A DNA stretch of 64,000 bases from Azolla caroliniana (lineage: Eukaryota; Plantae; Polypodiophyta), in assembly GCA_043228905.1 (NCBI GenBank), contig JBHGNT010000017.1, positions 18,972,001 through 19,036,000 on the forward strand. The letters are read 5' to 3'. The notes beneath the pieces were generated by a model. It saw only the letters and a list, made by a program, of their open reading frames with translations. It was not told the origin of the DNA and searched no databases. The position numbers were made by a program, and so were the translations under genes. This document shows positions 50,330-61,400 of the stretch, piece by piece (the stretch's first letter is position 1; each line of letters starts with the position of its first letter).

Positions 50330-53300
50330 AATCGACGCTAACAACACTATCTATTATATGGAATTAAAAAATCAAGAATTTGAAACTCAGGTCGACAAAC
50401 ATGAAGAAATTAACAAATTTGAGGAGGGAGTTGAGAAGAGAGCGTGAGTAAATTCAAATGTTCACACTTGGATCAGTTTATATCGGATTTTAGTGTTCAA
50501 ACATGTGAATCGAAGCAAACAACACTAGCCATGATATAGGTTCAGAAAATCAAGATTTCGAATCTCAGGTCGAGAGACATGAAGACATTAGCAAATTTGA
50601 GGAGGGAGTTGAGAAGAGAGCGTCACTAAATTGAAATGTTCACATCTGGGTCGTGTTATATCGGATTTTAGTGTTGAAACATGCGAATCGAACTTAACAA
50701 CACTAGCTATGATATGGATATAAAAAATCAAGATTTTGAAACTTAGGTCGAGAGACATGAAGAAATTAGCAAATTTGAGGGGGGAGTTGAGAAGAGCGCG
50801 TGAGTAAATTGAAATGTTAATACCTCTCTCTTGTGATATCGGATTTTTGTGTTCAAACATGCGAATCGAAGCTAACAATACTAGCTATTATATGGAATTA
50901 AAAAATCTAGAATTTGAAACTCAGATCGAGAGACATGAAGAAATTAGCAAATTTGAGGAGGGAGTTGAGACGAGGGCGTGAGTAAATTCAAATGTTCATA
51001 CCTGGCTTGTGTGATATCGGATTTTAGTGTTCAAACATGCGAATCGAAGCTAACATCACTAGCTATGATATGGATTTAAAAAATCAAGATTTTGAAACTC
51101 AGGTCGAGAGACATGAAGAAATTAGCAAAATTGAGGAGGGAGTTGAGAAGAGAGCGTGAGTAAATTCAAATGTTCACACCTGGCTCGTGTTATATTGGAT
51201 TTTAGTGTTCAAACATGTGAATCGAAGCTAACAACACTAGCCATGATATGGATTTAGAAAATCAAGATTTTGAATCTTAGGTCGAGAGACATGAAGAAAT
51301 TAGCAAATTTGAGGGGGGAGTTGAGAAGATCGCGTGAGTAAATTGAAATGTTAATACCTGTCTCATGTGATATCGGATTTTTGTGTTCAAACATGCGAAT
51401 CGAAGGTAACAACACTAGCTTTTTTATGGAATTAAAAAATCGAGAATTTGAAACTCAGGTCGAGAGACATGAAGAAATTAGCAAATTTGAGGAGGGAGTC
51501 GAGAAGAGCTTGTTTGGAAATAAAAATGTTCAAACCTGGATCGTGTCATATCGGATTTTTGTGTTCAAACATGCGAATCGAAGTTAACAACACTAGCTAT
51601 TATATAGAATTAAAAAATCGAGAATTTGAAACTCAGGTCCAGAGACATGAAGAAATTAGCAAATTTGAGGAGGGAGTTCAGAAGAGCACGTGAGTAAATT
51701 GAAATGTTAATACCGGTCTCGTGTGATATCGGATTTTTGAGTTCAAACAGGTAAATCGAAGATAACAACACTAGCTATTTTATGGAATTAAAAAATCGAG
51801 AATTTGAAACTCAGGTTGAGAGACATGAAGAAATTAGCAAATTAGAGGAGGGAGTGGAGAAGAGCCTGTTCATACCTAGATCGTGTGATATCGGAGTTTA
51901 GTGTTCAAACATGCAAATCGAAGCTAACAACACTAGCTATGACATGGAATTAAAAATTCAAGATTTTGAAACTTAGGTCAAGAGACACGAAGAAATTAGC
52001 AAATTTCAGGAGGGCGTTGAGAAGAGAGCGTGAGAAAATTCAAACGTTCACACCTGGCTCGTGTTATATCGGATTTTGGTGTTCAAACATGTGAATCGAA
52101 GCTAACAACACTAGCCATGATATGGATTTAGAAAATCAAGATTTTGAATCTTAGGTCGAGAGACATGAAGAAATTAGCAAATTTGAGGAGGGAGTTGAGA
52201 AGATCGCGTGAGTAAATTCAAATGTTCATACCTGGCTCGTGTGATATCGGATTTTAGTGTTCAAACATGCGTATCGAATCGAGACTTTGAAACTCAGGTC
52301 GAGAGACATGAACAAATTAGCAAATTTGAGGAGGGAGTTGAGAAGAGCTTGTTTGGAAATAAAAATGTTCAGACCTGAATCGTGTGATATCGGATTTTTA
52401 TGTTCAAAAATGCGAATCGAAGCTAACAACACTAGCTATGATATGGATTTAAAAAATCAAGATTTTGAAACTTAGGTTGAGAGACATGAAGAAATTAGCA
52501 AATTTGAGGGGGGAGTTGAGATGAGCGCGTGAGTAAATTAAAATATTAATACCTTTCTCTTGTGATATCGGATTTTTGTGTTCAAACATGCGAATCGAAG
52601 CTAACAATACTAGCTATTATATGGAATTAAAAAATCTAGAATTTGAAACCCAGGTCGAGAGACATGAAGAAATTAGCAAATTTGAGGAGGGAGTTGAGAA
52701 GAGGGCGTGAGTAAATTCAAATGTTCATACCTGGCTCATGTGATATCGGATTTTAGTGTTCAAACATGCGAATCGAAGCTAACATCACTAGCTATGATAT
52801 GGATTTAAAAAATCAAGATTTTCAAACTCAAGTCGAGAGACATGAAGAAATTAGCAAAATTGAGGAGGGAGTTGAGAAGAGAGCGTGAGTAAATTCAAAT
52901 GTTCACACCTGGCTCGTGTTATATCGGATTTTGGTGTTCAAACATGTGAATCGAAGCTAACAACACTAGCCATGATATGGATTTAGAAAATCAAGATTTT
53001 GAATCTTAGGTCGAGAGACATGAAGAAATTAGCAAATTTGAGGATGGAGTTGAGAAGATCGCGTGAGTAAATTGAAATGTTAATACTTGTCTCGTGTGAT
53101 ATCGGATTTTCGTGTTCAAACATGCGAATCGAAGCTAACAACACTAGCTTTTTTATGGAATTAAAAAATCGAAAATTTGAAACTCAGGTCGAGAGACATG
53201 AAGAAATTAGCAAATTTGAGGAGGGAGTTGAGAAGAGCTTGTTTGGAAATAAAAATGTTCAGACCTGGATCGTGTGATATCGAATTTTTGTGTTCAAAAA

Positions 53301-54145
53301 TGCGAATCGAAGCTAACAACACTAGCTTTTTTATGGAATTAAAAAATCGAGAATTTGAAACTCAGGTCGAGAGACATGAAGGAATTAGCAAATTAGAGGA
53401 GGGAGTGGAGAAGAGCCTGTTAGGAAATCAAAATGTTCATACCTGGATCGTGTGATATCGGATTTTAGTGTTCAAACATGCAAATCGAAGCTAACAACAC
53501 TAGCTATGATATGGAATTAAAAATTCAAGATTTTGAAACTTGGGTCAAGAGACACGAAGAAATTAGCAAATTTGACGAGGGAGTTGAGAAGAGCGCGTGA
53601 GTAAATTCAAATGTTAATACCTGTCTCGTGTGATATCGGATTTTTGTGTTCAAACATGCGAATCGACTCTAACAACACTATTATATGGAATTAAAAAATC
53701 AAGAATTTGAAACTCAGGTCGACAGACATGAAGAAATTAACAAATTTGAGGAGGGAGTTGAGAAGAGAGCGTGAGTAAATTCAAATGTTCACACTTGGAT
53801 CAGGTTATATCAGATTTTAGTGTTCAAACATGTGAATCGAAGCAAACAACACTAGCCATGATATGGGTTTAGAAAATCAAGATTTTGAATCTCAGGTCGA
53901 GAGACATGAAGACATTAGCAACTTTGAGGAGGTAGTTGAGAAGAGAGCGTCACTAAATTGAAATGTTCACACCTGGCTCGTGTTATATCGGATTTTAGTG
54001 TTCAAACATGCGAATCGAACTTAACAACACTAGCTATGATATGGATTTAAAAAATCAAGATTTTGAAACTTAGGTCGAGAGACATGAACAAATTAGCAAA
54101 TTTGAGGGGGGAGTTGAGATGAGCGCGTGAGTAAATTAAAATGTT
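50330..54145 (+). repeat. More diverged sub-region with internal copies at offsets 1729 (about 50720-51550 vs 52450-53280) and 3327 (about 50330-50820 vs 53660-54145)
   Basis: ORF pair 51348/53077; TTCACACTTGGATCAG at 50461/53788; GCGTCACTAAA and AACTTAAC variants shared. Confidence 0.8.
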
Positions 54146-54451
54146 AATAACACTAGCTATGATATGAAATTAAAAAATCAAGAATTTGAAACTCAGGTCG
54201 AGAGACATGAAGAAATCAACAAATTTGAGGAGGGAGTGGAGAAGAGCCTGTTAGGAAATAAAAATGTTTATACCTGGATCGTGTGATATCGGATTTTAGT
54301 GTTCAAACATGCAAATCGAAGCTAACAACACTAGCTATGACATGGAATTAAAAATTCAAGATTTTGAAACTTAGGTCGAGAGACACGAAGAGATTAGCAA
54401 ATTTGAGGAGGGAGTTGAGAAGAGGGCGTGAGTAAATTCAAACATGCGAAT

Positions 54452-57400
54452 CGGATTTTAGTGTTCAAACATGCGAATCGAAGCTAACAACACTAGCTAT
54501 AATATGAAATTAAAAACTCAGGATTTTGAAACTCAGGTCGAGACACATGAAGAAATTAGCAAATTAGAGGATGGAGTAGAGAAGAGCCTGTTTGGAAATG
54601 CAAATGTTCATACCTGGATCGTGTGATATTGGATTTTTGTGTTCAAACATGCAAATCGAAGCTAACAACACTAGCTATGATATGGAAATAAAAATTCAAG
54701 ATTTTGAAACTTAGGTCGAGAGACAGGAAGAAATTAGCAAATTTGAGGGGGGAGTTTAGAAGAGCGCGTGAGTAAATTCAAATGTTAATACCTGTCTCGT
54801 GTGATATCGGATTTTTGTGTTCAAACATGCAAATCGAGGCTAACAATACTAGCTATTATTTGGAATTGAAAAATCAAGAATTTGAAACTCAGGTCGAGAG
54901 ACATGAAGAAATTAGCAAATTTGAGGAGGGAGTTGAGAGGAGGGTGTGAGTAAATTCAAATGTTCATACCTCGCTCGTGTGATATTAGATTTTAGTGTTC
55001 AAACATGCGAATCGAAGCAAACTACACTAGCTATGATATGAAATTAAAAAATCAATAATTTGAAACTCAGGTAGAGAGACATGAAGAAATTAGCAAATTA
55101 GAGGAGGGAGTGGAGAAGAGCCTGTTCGGAAATGAAAATGTTCATACATAGCTCATGTGATATCGGATTTTAGTGTTCGAACATGCGAATCGAAACTAAC
55201 AACACTAACTATGATATGAAATTAAAAAATCAAGAATTTGTATCTCAGGTCGAGAGACATGAACAAATTAGCAAATTAAAGGAGGGAGTTGAGAAGAGGG
55301 CTTGAGTACATTCAAATGTTCATACCTGGCTCGTGTAATATCGGATTTTAGTGTTCAAACATGCAAATGGAAGCTAACAACACTAGCTATGATATGGATT
55401 TTAAAAATCAAGATTTTGAAACTCAGGTCGAGAGACCTGAAGAAATTAGCAAATTTGAGGAGGGAGTGTAGAAGAGCTCGTGAGTAAATTGAAATGTTCA
55501 TACGTGGCTCATGTGACCCCGGATTGTCGTGTTCAAAGATGCGAATCGAAGCTCACAACACTAGCTATGATATGGAATTAAAAAATCTAGAATTTGAAAC
55601 TCAGGTCGAGAGACATGAAGAAATTAGCAAATTTGAGGAGGTAGTGGAGAAGAGTTCTTTGAGAAATGAAAATGTTGATACCTGGCTCATGTGATATCAG
55701 ATTTTAGTGTTCAAACATTCGAATCGAAGCTAACAACACTAACTATGATATGGATTTAAAAAATCAAGATTTTGAGACTCAGGTCGAGAGACATGAAGAA
55801 ATCAGCAAATTTGAGGAGGGAGTGTAGAAGAGCTCGTGAGTAAATTGAAATGTTCATACGTGGCTCATGTGACCCCGGATTGTTGTGTTCAAAGATGCGA
55901 ATCGAAGCTCACAACACTAGCTATGATATGGAATTAGAAAATCAAGAATTTGAAACTCAGGTCGAGAGACATGAAGAAATTAGCAAATTTGAGGAGGTAG
56001 TTGAGAAGAGCTCGTGAGTAAATTGAAATGTTCATACCTAGTTCATGTGATCCCGGATTGTTGTGTTCAAAGATGTGAATCGAAGCTCACAACACTAGCT
56101 ATGATATGGAATTAGAAAATCAAGAATCTGAAACTCAGGTCGAGAGACATGAAGAAATTAGCAAATTAGAGGAGGGAGTGGAGAAGAGCTTGTTTGGAAA
56201 TGAGAATGTTCATACATAGCTCATGTGATATCGGATTTTAGTGTTCAAACATGGGAATCGAAGCTAACAACACGAGCTATGATATGTAATTAAAAAATCA
56301 AGAATTTGTAACTCAGGTCGAGAAGCATGAAGAAATTAGCAGATTTGAGGAGGGAGTTGAGAAGAGGGCGTGAGTAAATTCAAATGTTCATACCTGGCTC
56401 GTGTGATATCAGATTTTAGTGTTCAAACATGCGAATCGAAGCTAACAACACTAGCTATGATATGGATTTTAAAAATCAAGATTTTTAAACTCAGGTCGAG
56501 AGACATGATGAATTTAGCAAATTTGAGGAGGGAGTTGAGAAGAGCTCGTTACTAAAGTGGAATGTTCATACCTAGCTCGTGTGATCCAGGATTGTCGTGT
56601 TGAAAGATGTGAATCGATGCTCACAACACTACCTATGATATGGAATTAAAAAATCAAGAATTTGAAACTCAGGTCGAGAGACATGAAGAAATTAGCAAAT
56701 TTGAGAAGGTAGTGGAAAAGAGCTCGTTAAAAAATGAAAATGTTGATACCTGTCTAATGTGATATCGGATTTTAGTGTTCAAACATGCGAATTGAAGCTA
56801 ACAAAACTAGCTATTATATGAAACTAAAAAATCAAGAATTTGAAACTCAAGTCGAGAGACATGAAGAAATTAGCAAATTTGAGGAGGGAGTTGAGAAGAG
56901 CTCGTGAGTAAATTGAAATGTTCAGACGTGGCTCATGTGACCCCGGATTGTTGTGTTCAAAGATGCGAATCGAAGCTCACAACACTATCTATGATATGGA
57001 ATTAAAAAATCAAGAATTTGAAACTCAGGTCGAGAGACATGTAGAAATTAGCAAATTTGAGAAGGTAGTGGAGAAGAGCTCTTTAAAAAATGAAAAATGT
57101 TGATACCTGGCTCATGTGATATCGCATTTTAGTGTTCAACCATGCGAATTGAAGCTAACAACACTAGCTATTATATGAAACTAAAAAATCAAGAATTTGA
57201 AACTCAAGTCGAGAGACATGAAGAAATTAGCAAATTTTAGGAGGTAGCAAAGCAGAGTTCGTTAAGAAACGAAAATGTTTATACCTGGCTCATGTGATAT
57301 CAGATTTTTGTGTTCAAACATGCGAATCGAAGCAAACTACACTAGCTATGATATGAAATTAAAAAATCAAGAATTTGAAACTCAGGTCGAGAGACATGAA

Positions 57401-57600
57401 GAAATTAGCAAATTAGAGGAGGGAGTGGAGAAGAGCCTGTTCGGAAATGAAAATGTTCATACATAGCTCATGTGATATCGGATTTTAGTGTTCAAAGATG
57501 CGAATCGAAGTTAACAACACTAGCTATTATATAGAATTAAAAAATCGAGAATTTGAAACTCAGGTCGAGAGACATGAAGAAATTAGCAAATTTGAGGAGG
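54452..57600 (+). repeat. Distant paralogue of 7315-8771 joined directly to a paralogue of 10094-11540
   Basis: Offsets are 47,137, 47,199 and 47,377 for the first part and 46,056 for the second (ORF pairs 10314/56370 and 10862/56918). Confidence 0.88.
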
Positions 57601-58229
57601 GAGTTGAGAAGAGCTCGGGCGTAAATTGAAATATTCATACCTGGCTCGTGTGATATCGGATTTTAGTGTTCAAACATGCGTATCGAAGCTAACATAACTA
57701 GGTATGATATGGATTTAAAAAAGCAACATTTTAAAACTCAGGTCGAGAGACATGAAGAAATTAGCAAATTAGAGGAGGGAGTGGAGAAGAGCTTGTTTGG
57801 AAATAAAAATGTTCAGACCTGGATCGTGTGATATCGGATTTTCGTGTTCAAACATGCGAATCGAAGTTAACAACACTAGCTATTATATAGAATTAAAAAA
57901 TCGAGAATTTGAAACTCAGGTCGAAAGACATGAAGAAATTAGCAAATTTGAGGAGGGAGTTAAGAAGAGCGCGTGAGTAAATTGAAATGTTAATACCGGT
58001 CTCGTGTGATATCGGATTTTTGAGTTCAAATAGGCAAAGCGAAGCTAACAACACTAGCTATTCTATGGAATTAAAAAATTGACAATTTGAAACTAAGGTG
58101 GAGAGACATGAAGAAATTAGCAAATTTGAGGAGGGAGTTGAGAAGAGGGTGTGAGTAAATTCAAATGTTCATACCTGGCTCGTGTAATATCGGATTTTAG
58201 TGTTCAAACATGCGAATCGAAGCTAACAA

Positions 58230-61200
58230 CACTAGCTATGATATGGATTTAAAAATTCAAGATTTTGAAACTTAGGTCGAGAGACACGAAGAGATTAGCA
58301 AATTTGAGGAGGGAGTTGAGAAGAGCGCGTGAGTAAATTCAAATGTTAATACCTGTCTCGTGTGATATCGGATTTTTGTGTTCAAACATGCGAATCGAGG
58401 CTAATAAATCTAGCTATTATATGGAATTAAAAAATCAAGAATTTCAAACTCAGGTCGAGAGACATGAAGAAATTAGCAAATTTGAGGAGGGAGTTGAGAA
58501 GAGCTCGTGACTAAAGTGGAATGTTCATACCTGGCTCGTGTCATATCAGATTTTAGTGTTCAAATATGCGAATCGAAGCTAACAACACTAGCTATGATAT
58601 CAAATTAAAAAATCAAGAATTTCAAACTGAGGTCGAGAGATACGAAAAAATTAGCAAATTTGAGGAAGGGGTTGAGAAGAGGGTGTCAGTAAATTCAAAT
58701 GTTCATACCTGGCTCGTGTGATATCAGATTTTAGTGTTCAAACATTCGAATCGAAGCTAACAACACTAGCTATGATATGAAATTAAAAAATCAAGAATTT
58801 GAAACTCAGGTCGAGAGACATGAAGAAATCAACAAATTTGAGGAGGGAGTGGAGAAGAGCCTGTTAGGAAATAAAAATGTTTATACCTGGATCGTGTGAT
58901 ATCGGATTTTAGTGTTCAAACATGCAAATCGAAGCTAACAACACTAGCTATGACATGGATTTAAAAATTCAAGATTTTGAAACCTAGGTCGAGAGACACG
59001 AAGAGATTAGCAAATTTGAGGAGGGAGTTGAGAAGAGCGCGTGAGTAAATTCAAATGTTAATACCTGTCTCGTGTGATATCGGATTTTTGTGTTCAAACA
59101 TGCGAATCGAGGCTAATAAATCTAGCTATTATATGGAATTAAAAAATCAAGAATTTCAAACTCAGGTCGAGAGACATGAAGAAATTAGCAAATTTGAGGA
59201 GGGAGTTGAGAAGAGGGCGTGAGTAAATTCAAATGTTCATACCTGGCTCGTGTCATATCAGATTTTAGTGTTCAAACATGCGAATCGAAGCTAACAACAC
59301 TAGCTATGATATCAAATTAAAAAATCAAGAATTTCAAACTGAGGTCGAGAGATACGAAAAAATTAGCAAATTTGAGGAGGGAGTTGAGAAGAGGGTGTCA
59401 GTAAATTCAAATGTTCATACCTGGCTCGTGTGATATCAGATTTTAGTGTTCAAACATTCGAATCGAAGCTAACAACACTAGCTATGATATGAAATTAAAA
59501 AATTAAGAATTTGAAACTCAGGTCGAGGGACATGAAGAAATTAGAAAATTAGAGGAGGGAGTGGAGAAGAGGCTGTTTGGAAATGAGAATGTTCATACAT
59601 AGCTCATGTGATATCGGATTTTAGTGTTCAAACATGGGAATCGAAGCTAACAACACTAGCTATGATATGTAATTAAAAAATCAAGAATTTGTAACTCAGG
59701 TCGAGAAGCATGAAGAAATTAGCAAATTGGAGGAGGGAGTTGAGAAGAGGGCGTGAGTAAATTCAAATGTTCATCGTGTAATATCGGATTTTAGTGTTCA
59801 AACATGCGAATCGAAGCTAACAACACTAGCTATGATATGGATTTAAAAATTCAAGATTTTGAAACTTAGGTCGAGAGACACGAAGAGATTAGCAAATTTG
59901 AGGAGGGAGTTGAGAAGAGCGCGTGAGTAAATTCAAATGTTAATACCTGTCTCGTGTGATATCGGATTTTAGTGTTCAAACATGCGAATCGAGGCTAATA
60001 AATCTAGCTATTATATGGAATTAAAAAATCAAGAATTTCAAACTCAACATGCGAATCAAAGCTAACAACACTAGCTATGATATGGATTTAAAAATTCAAG
60101 ATTTTGAAACTTAGGTCGAGAGACACGAAGAGATTAGCAAATTTGAGGAGGGAGTTGAGAAGAGCGCGTGAGTAAATTCAAATGTTAATACCTGTCTCCT
60201 GTGATATCGGATTTTTGTGTTCAAACATGCGAATCGAGGCTAATAAATCTAGCTATTATATGGAATTAAAAAATCAAGAATTTCAAACTCAGGTCGAGAG
60301 ACATGAAGAAATTAGCAAATTTGAGGAGGGAGTTGAGAAGAGGGCGTGAGTAAATTCAAATGTTCATACCTGGCTCGTGTCATATCAGATTTTAGTGTTC
60401 AAACATGCGAATCGAAGCTAACAACACTAGCTATGATATCAAATTAAAAAATCAAGAATTTCAAACTGAGGTCGAGAGATACGAAAAAATTAGCAAATTT
60501 GAGGAGGGAGTTGAGAAGAGGGTGTCAGTAAATTCAAATGTTCATACCTGGCTCGTGTGATATCAGATTTTAGTGTTCAAACATTCGAATCGAAGCTAAC
60601 AACACTAGCTATGATATGAAATTAAAAAATCAAGAATTTGAAACTCAGGTCGAGAGACATGAACAAATCAACAAATTTGAGGAGGGAGTGGAGAAGAGCC
60701 TGTTAGGAAATAAAAATGTTTATACCTGGATCGTGTGATATCGGATTTTAGTGTTCAAACATGCAAATCGAAGCTAACAACACTAGCTATGACATGGAAT
60801 TAAAAATTCAAGATTTTGAAACTTAGGTCGAGAGACACGAAGAGATTAGCAAATTTGAGGAGGGAGTTGAGAAGAGCGCGTGAGTAAATTCAAATGTTAA
60901 TACCTGTCTCGTGTGATATCGGATTTCTGTGTTCAAACATGCGAATCGAGGCTAATAAATCTAGCTATTATATGGAATTAAAAAATCAAGAATTTCAAAC
61001 TCAGGTCGAGAGACATGAAGAAATTAGCAAATTTGAGGAGGGAGTTGAGAAGAGGGCGTGAGTAAATTCAAATGTTCATACCTGGCTCGTGTCATATCAG
61101 ATTTTAGTGTTCAAACATGCGAATCGAAGCTAACAACACTAGCTATGATATCAAATCAAAAAATCAAGAATTTCAAACTGAGCTCGAGAGATACGAAAAA

Positions 61201-61400
61201 ATTAGCAAATTTGAGGAGGGAGTTGAGAAGAGGGTGTCAGTAAATTCAAATGTTCATACCTGGCTCGTGTGATATCAGATTTTAGTGTTCAAACATTCGA
61301 ATCGAAGCTAACAACACTAGCTATGATATGAAATTAAAAAATCAAGAATTTGAAACTCAGGTCGAGGGACATGAAGAAATTAGAAAATTAGAGGAGGGAG
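58230..61400 (+). repeat. Tetrameric (712-bp) higher-order repeat domain; also at about 42930-44250
   Basis: The marker GAGGCTAATAAATCT occurs at 58397/59109, 60236/60948 and 43100/43812, each pair exactly 712 bp apart, with the same order of four monomer types. Confidence 0.85.
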
